From IMG/VR virus record IMGVR_UViG_3300032323_002843, positions 1-64,000 of that record: a DNA stretch of 64,000 nucleotides. One strand, given 5' to 3'. A program made the translations under genes and the position numbers. Positions 30,476-40,383 of the stretch are shown here, in pieces. The notes under the pieces were generated by a model. That model was not told the DNA's origin and ran no database searches. It saw nothing but the letters and a program-made list of their open reading frames with translations. Within the stretch, counting starts at the first letter, position 1; each line of letters opens with the position of its first letter. Origin of the DNA: a virus.

Positions 30476-32353
30476 TTACTGTATATCCTTGATATTTTTT
30501 TCGTCTAATAGTGATGGTTCTTGATCAGGTCCCATTACGATTTCCTTGCGCTTACCTTGTAAACCTTCAAATAATTTCTTATTTCGTTGGTATTCAAACA
30601 TTGCTTTTGGAGTACCGCTACCTTCTTCAGGTTGATTTGCAGTATATAATGTACCGTTTTCAATACTACCTAATGGATCTTTACCTAATGGGTCACGTTG
30701 TGTACCTTTAATAGATGCTTTTTCTTTAGGACGACCAACAGGACGATCTTCGTCATATCCCGGAGGTACAGGACCATCAATATCCATTCCTGCTCTACCT
30801 TTACCATATAATGAAGCTAAATCATGTGGAGTACCATATGATTTACCAGTTTTAGCTGGATCATTACCTTCATTTTCAATTTGGGCTAAGCGGAATACAC
30901 GTTTTTTATCTTCAATTACTTGATCACGATAATCATCATATTGATCTTCACTAAATTGGAATACTTGATGATAAATCCAATCTGAAGGTAATAAATTTGT
31001 ATCTTGTATTGATTTAGCTAAGTCAATTTTTTCCTTCCATAATGCTACTTTTTCTTGTTCGTAAACAACAGACGGAGTAGTTAATGATAATTCAAAATTA
31101 GTTAAGGCTTCACCATCATATCCCTGAACATATAAGTGTACTAATGCAACTTTATACAGTTCAGACAAGGCAATACGTTGAATACGTTCAACTGTGCGAG
31201 CGAAGCGAATATCTTCAGCAGCTAATGTAGCTTTACCTTGTAAATCTTTTTCAAATCCAAAATATGCTTTAGGTACTTTAAGAGCAGCTAACATTTCATC
31301 ACGTAAGAACGCAACGTCATCAATAGCATTATATTCAAGACCCTTAATAGTATCAATCTTAGTTGCAGTATCGTTACCACGAGTTGGAAGATAAAAGTCT
31401 TCCATCATATTCATCATGTTGTAACGTAAGTTATACTCACCTGTTTGTTGATCCATGAATGGAGTTTTCTTCATCTTCTGCATAATCTTCTGCATGTAAC
31501 CATCTACCTCATTTGGAGGAATGTTACCAACATTTACAGTGAATACGCGTTTTTCCGGGGCACGTGTAATACGATGCAACAACATTGCATCTTTCATTAG
31601 CACATACTGCTTATAAGTTTTACGAGCAGGCTCAATGTACGATCTACCATAAGGTAAATAGTTAGCGTCAGTTAATAGCCTAAAGTGAGCAATTTCGTAG
31701 TTTTCAAATTTAATTTTACCATCTCTATCTTTCACACGTGATACAATACCACCAGCCGCGATCACCATTGGATCGATACGGAAACACACATAAGATGGGT
31801 TTTCAGGATCTTGTCCTTCTTCACGAACCATATCATATACTGAAAGTGGGGTAATATTATATACACCAAATTTTTCAGCAATTTCCATATGTAAATACCA
31901 GTCACCGTATTTACACATATTTCTAACCCACATCCATAAATTAAACTCAATGTTTAAAACATCGTAGAATAAATTGTATAAAATACGTTGGATATTTTCG
32001 TCAGCGCTTCTGATTTGTAATACTTCTCCTGACTCATTTTTTAGAGTAGATTCATCAGCAATAATATCTAATGCGGATGATATGATTGATTCTGTATCCA
32101 TTGCTTCATAATCAGTGTATAACTGAATACGAAGTGTTTGGTAGTTCATCGTTGGGTTATATGGCATGTTTGCACCATAACGATGAAGCTTTGTAAATCT
32201 ATCTATGAGAGCGTTTGTTTTTACGTTACCATAGGCTTGCATGTGATCTACGTCTACTACCTTTAGTTGATTACCACCAACATTTCTGATGATAACATCA
32301 GTTGAAAATAGACGTGTTAGCCTAGTAAACAAACCTGGTTTTTGATCTGCCAT
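30476..32353 (-). CDS. Portal protein (T4 gp20-like)
   Basis: DAMLLHRITRAPEKRVF..NVGN.P, EDFYLP.RG and ALKVPK motifs. Confidence 0.93.
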   Translation of the reverse strand: MADQKPGLFTRLTRLFSTDVIIRNVGGNQLKVVDVDHMQAYGNVKTNALIDRFTKLHRYGANMPYNPTMNYQTLRIQLYTDYEAMDTESIISSALDIIADESTLKNESGEVLQIRSADENIQRILYNLFYDVLNIEFNLWMWVRNMCKYGDWYLHMEIAEKFGVYNITPLSVYDMVREEGQDPENPSYVCFRIDPMVIAAGGIVSRVKDRDGKIKFENYEIAHFRLLTDANYLPYGRSYIEPARKTYKQYVLMKDAMLLHRITRAPEKRVFTVNVGNIPPNEVDGYMQKIMQKMKKTPFMDQQTGEYNLRYNMMNMMEDFYLPTRGNDTATKIDTIKGLEYNAIDDVAFLRDEMLAALKVPKAYFGFEKDLQGKATLAAEDIRFARTVERIQRIALSELYKVALVHLYVQGYDGEALTNFELSLTTPSVVYEQEKVALWKEKIDLAKSIQDTNLLPSDWIYHQVFQFSEDQYDDYRDQVIEDKKRVFRLAQIENEGNDPAKTGKSYGTPHDLASLYGKGRAGMDIDGPVPPGYDEDRPVGRPKEKASIKGTQRDPLGKDPLGSIENGTLYTANQPEEGSGTPKAMFEYQRNKKLFEGLQGKRKEIVMGPDQEPSLLDEKNIKDIQ

Positions 32354-32385
32354 TATTTTATTTTAATTATACCAATAAATATTTA

Positions 32386-33969
32386 TTACCCTAATATCCA
32401 TGACATATCTTCGAATTGACCACGTCCGTTATTTACCATATACGGGTTTTGTTGGCCGCTAGGTAACATAGGAACTGATGTGTCAAATCCTGTTCTAGAT
32501 ATGCTTGATATCATTGCTCTGTTTAAATCCATTCCTTGTTCATAAAAACGCATCGCTGTATCTCTAGTGAACAATCCAATACCTAATGACATTACTAGGT
32601 CATCATTGTACCCGTTTTGTGCTTGTGCTTTACCATTTTGCCAGATAAACACACGTAATTCTTCTAATAAACGCTTAGAATGGAATATAAAAGCCTTTTC
32701 TCGAATATACGACTCCATTTTTGAGATAACAAGTGGTCTTGTCTTTGCTGATGTAGTAAATCCAGGAACTGTTTGTTCAGATTCCATTTTACTTAACCAT
32801 TTATCTATTTGCATTTCACCATAAGCACGAGGTGAATAATACATTTTAGGATACCCTTTATCTATGATGGTATTAACGACATCCCAACCGACATTAGCAT
32901 TTTCAACCACAAGTAAAGCATTATTATACTCAGTAGCAACAGAAACAAGCATATTACCATAAGTACGAGTGTCAACTTGGGATTTATATTCTGCCACTTG
33001 TTCACACGTTGTAGCATCGATGACATGAAACGCTGAGTAGTCCGAACCATCTCCGCGAGCAACGTCAGCACAAACCAAATACTGCTTAGTATAATCAGGA
33101 TACTGCCAAACCCAAAAATCGCCACCCATAAAGCGGCGTTCAACAGGCTCTTGTATATAAGTTTCTTCATAAAAAGATAATAAATCAGGTTCAACTACTG
33201 AATTACCAGAACCTAAGAAGTCACAGTCATATTCTTGAGCAAATTCACGTGGTGACATGTTTGCACGCTCTGTAGCTTCCCACTTTTCATCTCTATCAGG
33301 ATGTAAATCCCATCTTAATTTAATCGCTTTAAATTCATTCTTCCCTATTTCAGCCTCACTATACATTTTATGAAACCAGTTACCAACACCGTTTGGAGAT
33401 GATAATGCTATAATTCCTCCACCTGTTGCGATGGTTGGTTTAATACTTGTATAAATTCTATCAATTCCTTCAATGAAGGCAGCCTCATCCACAATCAATA
33501 ATGAAACAGCATAAGATCTACCTGCATCTGATGCAGCTGATGTAGCAACAATTTGAGAGTTATTGGCTAGTTTTAGTGATAGTTTATTATCTGATATTGG
33601 TTTTTGATTGCCTCTTAACCAAGAAGGTAATGAATTGTACATAAACTGTACTTTCTCTACCATCCCTTTAGCTGTTTCTTGCTTTGTCGCAATACACAAC
33701 ACGGTTTTATCCTTATTAAATAGCATTGTCCATAAAGCAAATCCAGCTGATAGTGTTGAGATACCTAACTGTCTTGATTTATTAATAATACTAAATCTAT
33801 TAGCTCTAAGATCATTTAATACATCCTCTTGGAATGGATACAAATGAAACAAAACTCTACCTTTAATTGGGTGAGTAATATAACAATATTTTCTAAAGAA
33901 GTGTACAGGGTCTGTGGCACATTTGATGTATTCAGCCTTGATTATTTCTTTAATATTCGCTTGACTCAT
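32386..33969 (-). CDS. terL: Terminase large subunit (T4 gp17-like)
   Basis: KSRQLGIST, LLIVDEAAF, SSPNG, QEYDC.F, DVARG.G.DYS and DDLVM motifs. Confidence 0.95.
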   Translation of the reverse strand: MSQANIKEIIKAEYIKCATDPVHFFRKYCYITHPIKGRVLFHLYPFQEDVLNDLRANRFSIINKSRQLGISTLSAGFALWTMLFNKDKTVLCIATKQETAKGMVEKVQFMYNSLPSWLRGNQKPISDNKLSLKLANNSQIVATSAASDAGRSYAVSLLIVDEAAFIEGIDRIYTSIKPTIATGGGIIALSSPNGVGNWFHKMYSEAEIGKNEFKAIKLRWDLHPDRDEKWEATERANMSPREFAQEYDCDFLGSGNSVVEPDLLSFYEETYIQEPVERRFMGGDFWVWQYPDYTKQYLVCADVARGDGSDYSAFHVIDATTCEQVAEYKSQVDTRTYGNMLVSVATEYNNALLVVENANVGWDVVNTIIDKGYPKMYYSPRAYGEMQIDKWLSKMESEQTVPGFTTSAKTRPLVISKMESYIREKAFIFHSKRLLEELRVFIWQNGKAQAQNGYNDDLVMSLGIGLFTRDTAMRFYEQGMDLNRAMISSISRTGFDTSVPMLPSGQQNPYMVNNGRGQFEDMSWILG

Positions 33970-33983
33970 GTATATAAATATAT

Positions 33984-34013
33984 AAAAAAGGCCCGCCCTT
34001 GCGGACAGGCCTA
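33984..34013 (-). terminator. Rho-independent terminator
   Basis: Minus strand AGGCCTGTCC-gcaa-GGGCGGGCCT followed by a T-run. Confidence 0.85.
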
Positions 34014-34034
34014 GTTATGTGGGGGCGTGGGGTA

Positions 34035-34718
34035 TTATTTTACTAACATCAAGTAAGCCAATCCACCAATCACTACATAGCTTCCTATGCGTTGGAATTT
34101 AGATTTTACTTTTAACTTGTTGTATTGTAATTCTAATTTTTGATATTGTCCTTCCCATCCTGTAATTTCTTTATCTTTATTAAGGATGATGTTTTTGTAG
34201 TTAAGTTCTTTATTAGCATATTTTCCAATAATACTATCTTTAACAGTTACTTTACTTTCTAATGTAGTGATAGAACTATCTTTTAATACAATAATTTGTT
34301 TAGCACCATCTAATTCTACTAAATCCTTAGCAACACTTACTAATACTGGTTGTGCTACTGGTAATGGGTTAGTTACTGTATCTTTAGGGTAACGTCTGTT
34401 AAGTGAACTGATTAATTCTTGTTCTGAATAAGAATCAACATTATTTTTCTCAATTTCAATTGTTTCAACAATCTTAATCACTTTTACTTTTTGATGTGCT
34501 AATTTATCTTCTAAAACATCACTAACTTGATTTAATGAATCAATTGCAGCATCTTCTTTAGCGATTTGATCATATAATGAATCGTTTACTTTATGTAAGC
34601 TATCCATTTGAGATAAAAATGCTTTATGCTCAACATTGTTGTTACATTTTTCAAATAATACACTACCGATTAATATTGCTATTACAGCAAATAAAACAAT
34701 TGGTAAAACTTTTTTCAT
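34035..34718 (-). CDS. Membrane-anchored coiled-coil protein (possible spanin-like)
   Basis: Hydrophobic segments at both ends flank a long coiled coil. Confidence 0.5.
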   Translation of the reverse strand: MKKVLPIVLFAVIAILIGSVLFEKCNNNVEHKAFLSQMDSLHKVNDSLYDQIAKEDAAIDSLNQVSDVLEDKLAHQKVKVIKIVETIEIEKNNVDSYSEQELISSLNRRYPKDTVTNPLPVAQPVLVSVAKDLVELDGAKQIIVLKDSSITTLESKVTVKDSIIGKYANKELNYKNIILNKDKEITGWEGQYQKLELQYNKLKVKSKFQRIGSYVVIGGLAYLMLVK

Positions 34719-34723
34719 ATATT

Positions 34724-35671
34724 TTATTTTTTTATACCTGCGTAATATTGCATTCTACCTTTTACCCATTCATCTAATGGTTCTTCTGTTTCTACATCTT
34801 CGATATCAATAGGCTCATATTTTTTACCTGTAGCCTTTTCTTGACGTTGTTGTAAGTATTTAGAAGAAGCAACTGCGTCAGCGATACGTTTTTCTAATGA
34901 TGCTTTTAAATCACGTAAACGTTGTAATTCGTCTGATGGTCTATCACCAATATCACCAGCAACACCTTTTGATTTCTTTAATTTTAAGATGTTAGATTTA
35001 GTAGCAGCTAAACGATTTTCTAAATCAGAAACTTTCATAAATGCTTCATAATCAGCATCTGACATTTTAGCAGCAGATACATCTGCTTTTTCAATATCAC
35101 CAATTTCTGGTTCTTCATCTCCAGCAGCCATTGCTTTAGCAAAAGTAGCATCAACTTCTTCATCGCTCATATCACCTTGAATAAAACCAAATTCATCATC
35201 GGTGGTTGCTTCAGCACCAGCATCAGCAGCAGGGCGACTTAAACGTGGAGCGCTTTGTGTACCTGATGGTACAATTGTACCATTAGCAACAAGAGCCATA
35301 AAATCAGCATTAATTGGATTTTGCTTATCATATCCTAAAGCACCAGCTACATCAATTTTTGACATTGGTTCTTCTGTAGACTGCATTGCAGTGATAATTC
35401 TAGCTTTTTTACCAGTAAAATCAGCAGCAGCTGCATCAGGAGCTAATTCATATCGTACTGCAACGTTTGCCATTTCGTCAATTTCTTCTTCAGTAATATC
35501 TTCTCTACCTGAAGATAAGTCAGATTTTTGTGCCTGCAAAGCTTTAATTTTAGCATCAATAGCTTTCATTTCAGCGTCTTTAGCCGTTTTTTCAGCAGGA
35601 GATATGTCCGCTTCGTTTACTGCCTCAGCAATAGCGGTGCGAATCATTTCTTTTAGTTCAGATCTTTTCAT
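34724..35671 (-). CDS. Acidic putative internal head protein
   Basis: Probable start ATG 35671 (MKRSELKEMIRTAIAEAVNE); ends RMQYYAGIKK. Confidence 0.7.
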   Translation of the reverse strand: MKRSELKEMIRTAIAEAVNEADISPAEKTAKDAEMKAIDAKIKALQAQKSDLSSGREDITEEEIDEMANVAVRYELAPDAAAADFTGKKARIITAMQSTEEPMSKIDVAGALGYDKQNPINADFMALVANGTIVPSGTQSAPRLSRPAADAGAEATTDDEFGFIQGDMSDEEVDATFAKAMAAGDEEPEIGDIEKADVSAAKMSDADYEAFMKVSDLENRLAATKSNILKLKKSKGVAGDIGDRPSDELQRLRDLKASLEKRIADAVASSKYLQQRQEKATGKKYEPIDIEDVETEEPLDEWVKGRMQYYAGIKK

Positions 35672-35699
35672 TTTATCGTTAATGTTATGCATATAAATA

Positions 35700-36218
35700 T
35701 TAAATGTTTTGTAAAATTGTAGCGATACGTTCCTCAGTTGTACCCTCTATTGTAATTAGTCGTTGTGGTGGATATTCAGCTAAAGACATTTTAATAACCT
35801 CATCAATTTTACGTCTATAATGTAAATCAGTTTCACGAACACCATTATCTTCCATAATAACACCACGAGGATCAACATAAATAACTAAATCATATTGATT
35901 ACGAAGCATCATAGCTGCTTCAACAAATGTACGTTTATCAAAATCACTAATTGATTTAGCTCCTAATGTAAATGCACATACATCCCATATTGTTCTGTCT
36001 GTAATGATATTTGGTTGTAGTAATTCACTAGCACGTTCAGCTAAAAATACAAACTGACCTGGTAATGTAGAATCAGTATTCAATGGAATACCTAAATCAC
36101 GTAAGTATTTACTACGCTCAGTATGTACACTATGATCTTTAAATTGATCTAATTCACCTAATGCTCTAGCTAATGTAGTTTTACCTACACTCATTGTACC
36201 TGCTAATCCTATTCTCAT
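35700..36218 (-). CDS. NadR/Ttd14-like (AAA_28) P-loop ATPase/kinase
   Basis: GTMSVGKTTLA, ITDRT..D and DNGVR motifs. Confidence 0.8.
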   Translation of the reverse strand: MRIGLAGTMSVGKTTLARALGELDQFKDHSVHTERSKYLRDLGIPLNTDSTLPGQFVFLAERASELLQPNIITDRTIWDVCAFTLGAKSISDFDKRTFVEAAMMLRNQYDLVIYVDPRGVIMEDNGVRETDLHYRRKIDEVIKMSLAEYPPQRLITIEGTTEERIATILQNI

Positions 36219-36460
36219 TTATTTCTATTATTTATTTTTTTCATTTGACGTGCTGTCTTCTTTTCCTGCTTAGCTTGCTTTATTTGTTGCTTAATAGCCT
36301 TTTCAGCACCCGCCTTATACTTAATATCAACGTTAATAGGACCATGAAATTTATTTAAATCGTATGTCCATGTTTCAATAGTATATTCATCTTCATAAAC
36401 ACGAGTGAATTTACGTGGTGCTACTGCTGGTTCTATTACTGCTGGTCTTCCTCTACTCAT
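36215..36460 (-). CDS. Small basic hypothetical protein
   Basis: 81 aa; overlaps the next gene's start. Confidence 0.65.
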   Translation of the reverse strand: MSRGRPAVIEPAVAPRKFTRVYEDEYTIETWTYDLNKFHGPINVDIKYKAGAEKAIKQQIKQAKQEKKTARQMKKINNRNK

Positions 36461-36487
36461 ATAATAAAGATATAATCTTTACTCTGC

Positions 36488-36718
36488 TTAAACTCTAGCG
36501 CCTGCTGCTTTACCAACTGCGGTTTTGTAAAACGGAACACCATTAGCATCTTTTTTAGCTGCTTCCCATTGAAATTTAGAGTATTTGATTCCAAATAAAT
36601 AATATTCAGCAGCACGCTTATTACCTTGTGGAATGTAAGCGGGGCCATCAAAATTATGCATTTTACCATCTAAGTAGTGTACAATACTACCATCTGTTGT
36701 TTTAATTTTTTTAGTCAT
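36488..36718 (-). CDS. Hypothetical protein with GKxHxxDGPA motif
   Basis: DGKMHNFDGPAY...YYLFG, a common phage repeat unit. Confidence 0.7.
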   Translation of the reverse strand: MTKKIKTTDGSIVHYLDGKMHNFDGPAYIPQGNKRAAEYYLFGIKYSKFQWEAAKKDANGVPFYKTAVGKAAGARV

Positions 36719-36723
36719 TGTTT

Positions 36724-38025
36724 TTATTTTATTAAATTTTCTGCAATATAAATCCCATGTGCACCTGATACTGTAATACCTCTAGCTGATAGGGCATCAC
36801 CAGCAAAGTGTACATTTGGATATTCTGTTAATGATAAGTTATCATAGTTTACTAATGGTTCAGGTGATAAGTACTTTACTTCAGGCATATACATACCCCA
36901 ATCATCACCAAATTCAAATACTTTATCCATTGATAGTATAAAATCATGAATGTAGGTAGCATATTCTCCTAATACTTCATAAAACCTAACTAAAGTATCA
37001 ACTGGATAAGCAGCCACAGTTGTTCCTTCGGATGTTAATCCTGGGGTGCGAGTACGGTTGGGAGAATAATATAATCCTTTTCCATTAACTTGTAGTTTTG
37101 ATACTACATCTCTACTCCACTTAAATGGATCTTCAATACCCTTAATTTCCATTAATATACCAAAGTTAGTCATATCATTTCTAAATTCTTCACCTTTCTT
37201 AGCGTGACCATTGTAGCTAACATCACCATATGTTTCTTCTACAGCAACATAAGCTGCATTGTTATTAGTACAGAACGATCTTAAAGATACATTATCAAAT
37301 TTTTGATATAACTTAAAGTCATAAGATACATCAATTAATTTCTGGAAGTATTTTTGTGGTGCTTCAAATCGAACACCAATTTGTACTGATTTAGGTTCAT
37401 TAGGTAGTTTATAATCATCAGCTAATTTTTGAGCAAAATCAATACCTGATTTACCTACTGCAAATATTAATTCATCATAATTAGTAAAGGCTCCTAATTC
37501 TTCTTTACTATTAGTAGCTGTTATATAATTTTCCTTAAAATTAATACTAGTAACCTCAAAGTTCCAAGCAAATGTAACACCTTTATCTAACAAATATTGA
37601 TACCATGTTTTAGCAATTTCATGTAAGAAATTAGATCCAATGTGCCATACAGGGAACATTCTCAAACCAAAATATGGTTTAATAAATTCAGGTTCTTCCT
37701 GAGGATCAGACATGAATATTTCTTCTGGTTTAGGGTGGAAGCGAGTAAAGTTATCTACTACTTGTTTCATTAATTCCATTGCTTTTTCTTCACCACAGTA
37801 TTTTGATAGTTGACCACCAATTGAGGTGTGGTATGTTAATTTACCATCACTCCATCCACCAGCACCAAGCATACCAGTCATTACCTCTTCAGGTAAGCGG
37901 TTAATTGGGTCATTACCCTTATCTATAATTGTGATTAGGCTACCATCATAGCCATTATCTACTAATTTAGTAGCGGCATTAATACCTGCTACTCCTGCTC
38001 CAATGATTACTATTTTCTTATTCAT
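36724..38025 (-). CDS. FAD-dependent oxidoreductase (COG2509-like)
   Basis: GAGVAG Rossmann motif, GAGGWSDGKL, GVRFE, RSFC, NGH and GD...ARGI. Confidence 0.85.
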   Translation of the reverse strand: MNKKIVIIGAGVAGINAATKLVDNGYDGSLITIIDKGNDPINRLPEEVMTGMLGAGGWSDGKLTYHTSIGGQLSKYCGEEKAMELMKQVVDNFTRFHPKPEEIFMSDPQEEPEFIKPYFGLRMFPVWHIGSNFLHEIAKTWYQYLLDKGVTFAWNFEVTSINFKENYITATNSKEELGAFTNYDELIFAVGKSGIDFAQKLADDYKLPNEPKSVQIGVRFEAPQKYFQKLIDVSYDFKLYQKFDNVSLRSFCTNNNAAYVAVEETYGDVSYNGHAKKGEEFRNDMTNFGILMEIKGIEDPFKWSRDVVSKLQVNGKGLYYSPNRTRTPGLTSEGTTVAAYPVDTLVRFYEVLGEYATYIHDFILSMDKVFEFGDDWGMYMPEVKYLSPEPLVNYDNLSLTEYPNVHFAGDALSARGITVSGAHGIYIAENLIK

Positions 38026-38042
38026 AAATTAAATTAAACATG

Positions 38043-38073
38043 TAAATATAATAAAAAATTTTGCCTTTTCAAA
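38043..38073 (-). promoter_or_regulatory. Bacteroidota sigmaA-type promoter
   Basis: TTTG-N19-TATATTTA upstream of the oxidoreductase (consensus TTTG-N19-21-TAnnTTTG). Confidence 0.55.
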
Positions 38074-38106
38074 ATAGAAGGTGGCCCACCTTTTGGGGTG
38101 GGCCAC
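38071..38106 (-). terminator. GC-rich hairpin/terminator
   Basis: GTGGCCCACC-ccaaaa-GGTGGGCCAC followed by CTTCTATTTT. Confidence 0.75.
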
Positions 38107-38159
38107 TACTCCAATATGATTATCTCTTACGAGCGAACGGGCAATGAATCCGTTCTGTC

Positions 38160-39020
38160 TTATTCTTCTTCGTCTAGTCCTTCTTTTTTAGGTTTACTTT
38201 TACCATAAGTTGGTTCAAAGTAAATCACAAATCTTACTTTTAATTTATTTCCTATTTTAAAGCTAGTTTCTCTATCAGTTGGACCTTGTATTAATGATGT
38301 TTTAATCATACTAGCAAAGTCTAATTTTTCTAATCCTGTTTTGATTTGTTTTTCTAAAACATCACCCATTTCATCTACGTTAGTTCTAGAAGCAACATCT
38401 TGTCCAAATGATAATTCTCTTAATAATTTACCATATACTACTCTTACTTGTATATCTTTACTAGATGTATTAGTTACAAAAGCGTAGAATTTATCTGCTG
38501 AGTAGTATGTTGTTTGTAGTTGGGTATTAATTTTATTATCTTTGCTGGATTTAATCTCAACTATTTTACCACCTATAATAGCGTCTTGTCCTCTACCTTT
38601 ATTAGCAACATCGCTAGCTTCAACATTTTTTACTTTATTAGAGTAATTAATAATACATGTTTCTACTTCTTTACCAATATTACTTTCACGCTCAGGCACT
38701 AATTCTTCTCGTCTCCAATCAGCAATAGTATTAACTACTTCAGGAAATACAGTTCTTAATTCGCCCATTTCTGAGGAATAATGTTGTAAAGTGTAAGATG
38801 CTAGTTTATCAAATACTTCTAGTTTAGTAAGAACACTTTCATCACCAATATATGAAAATATATTAGTTAATTGATCGTCTTGATCTTCATTTAAAAGATC
38901 AATATTAAATTCTTTTAATATTTCGTCTAATATAGCTTTCTTTTTTGGATTGTTTATATCAACAATCCCATCATGGCATCTAAATGACCATTCACGTAAT
39001 ATTTTATCTATAACTGTCAT
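38160..39020 (-). CDS. Hypothetical protein with possible PD-(D/E)XK nuclease domain
   Basis: GKEVE...GQDAIIGGKIVEIKSS; N-terminus IDKILREWSFR...LLNE. Confidence 0.55.
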   Translation of the reverse strand: MTVIDKILREWSFRCHDGIVDINNPKKKAILDEILKEFNIDLLNEDQDDQLTNIFSYIGDESVLTKLEVFDKLASYTLQHYSSEMGELRTVFPEVVNTIADWRREELVPERESNIGKEVETCIINYSNKVKNVEASDVANKGRGQDAIIGGKIVEIKSSKDNKINTQLQTTYYSADKFYAFVTNTSSKDIQVRVVYGKLLRELSFGQDVASRTNVDEMGDVLEKQIKTGLEKLDFASMIKTSLIQGPTDRETSFKIGNKLKVRFVIYFEPTYGKSKPKKEGLDEEE

Positions 39021-39544
39021 TATGCTGCTGGGGTTTCTTCAGGAGTTTCTTCTTCTGCTGGAGGTGTTTCTGATGGTATTTCAGCAGCAGGTGCACTTGT
39101 AGCTGCGCTAAATGCTTCAGCACCAGCATCAGGTTTTTTCATTTCACCTGCACCACCATCTTTTTCATCAACAGCATAATCTAATTCTAAAACATTAGCT
39201 ATGGCTTGTTGAGCTCTTTCTAATTCACCTAAATTTTGTGTATTATATTTTCTACCAGCTACTTTAACTGTATAATTTTTTCTTCCATCATATCTAATAT
39301 TAAAATCTTCTCCATTGATCATTTCAACCATAAAAGTTGTTGGTTTAGGAGCAATAATAGATACATTAGTAACAAAACGAGCAAAAGCAGGAGACATTAA
39401 TCTTTCCATTAGGTCTTTTAAACCAGGAAAGCGATATACTAGATACATTGCTCTTGTAGCTTTCTTTTGGCGTTGCTCTTCTTCTTGAAGTGCTTTACGA
39501 ACAGCTACTTTAATGTATTTTTCTAATATTAATTTTTTATTCAT
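39020..39544 (-). CDS. Hypothetical protein
   Basis: 174 aa; helical leader and acidic Pro-rich tail. Confidence 0.7.
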   Translation of the reverse strand: MNKKLILEKYIKVAVRKALQEEEQRQKKATRAMYLVYRFPGLKDLMERLMSPAFARFVTNVSIIAPKPTTFMVEMINGEDFNIRYDGRKNYTVKVAGRKYNTQNLGELERAQQAIANVLELDYAVDEKDGGAGEMKKPDAGAEAFSAATSAPAAEIPSETPPAEEETPEETPAA

Positions 39545-40013
39545 TATCTTTTAGTTCGTGAAAACCTTGAGCTGCTTGCTCAATATAGTTTTCTGCTTTA
39601 GCGATATGGTCTTGAATCCATCCTGGGATATTACGTTCAGTATTGCCAAGTTTTTGTCTTAATTCGATAATTGCTTCTGCAATTGCTTCTAGGCTAGACA
39701 CAGCCATAGATACTTCGTGGTCATCACCTTCTTTAATATTAGCAGCTATTGCTTTACGACGATTAGCTAAGTACTTATCTGTTTTATCTACTTTACCATC
39801 GTTATTAATATCGTCATCTTCTTTACCTACAGCATCTAATTTTTCATCCATAGCACGTTTTGTAGCAGTAGCATACATTACTGCTTCAGCATCTTTGCCA
39901 TAGCGTTTTTTAAAGTCGCCTTTTGCTTTTTTCATGCCCTTAACAAGGGTTTCCTTCTCCTTCTTTTCAGAAGAAGTCATCTTTTTTTCTAGTAAATCAA
40001 TTAGCTTTATCAC
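39537..40013 (-). CDS. Hypothetical protein (MIKLIDLLE leader, EF-hand-like DINNDGKVD)
   Basis: GTG start; contains VMYATATK and DINNDGKVDKTDKYL motifs. Confidence 0.7.
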   Translation of the reverse strand: MIKLIDLLEKKMTSSEKKEKETLVKGMKKAKGDFKKRYGKDAEAVMYATATKRAMDEKLDAVGKEDDDINNDGKVDKTDKYLANRRKAIAANIKEGDDHEVSMAVSSLEAIAEAIIELRQKLGNTERNIPGWIQDHIAKAENYIEQAAQGFHELKDNE

Positions 40014-40383
40014 TTAAAAAACGTAATTTATAAAGTAAAGAATATATTAATGCAACAAGTTCATCTACTTGGTTTTGAATGTATGAATCTTGAGCGATCA
40101 TACCTCTACTTTTTTCAATGAACATTACTAATGTAATAAAGTAAGCTATAATAGCATCACAGCTTTGATATTCTTGCAAAGATACATTACTATATCCTTC
40201 AATAATACCGTACTTACCTTGATAAGATTCAACTAAACCATCAATAGCATCCACAATCTCTTCGTAAAATTTCTTTAATGCTTTGTGAGCAGCAAATGAT
40301 GGAGTTTGCAAATGAAAGATGTGTGCCTGAGTACGGGCAGACATCAATGTTGATATGAATTGTCCTATTATAGCGTTTTCCAT
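39997..40383 (-). CDS. Ferritin/Dps-like four-helix protein (DUF5856-like)
   Basis: HIFHLQT.SFAAHKAL..FYE...D.LVESYQG...LYKLRFL. Confidence 0.7.
   Translation of the reverse strand: MENAIIGQFISTLMSARTQAHIFHLQTPSFAAHKALKKFYEEIVDAIDGLVESYQGKYGIIEGYSNVSLQEYQSCDAIIAYFITLVMFIEKSRGMIAQDSYIQNQVDELVALIYSLLYKLRFLSDKAN

Noticed and set aside
23548-33969. Introns or inteins in capsid, portal or terminase
   Set aside because: Lengths and motif spacing are continuous, and no intein termini are evident.
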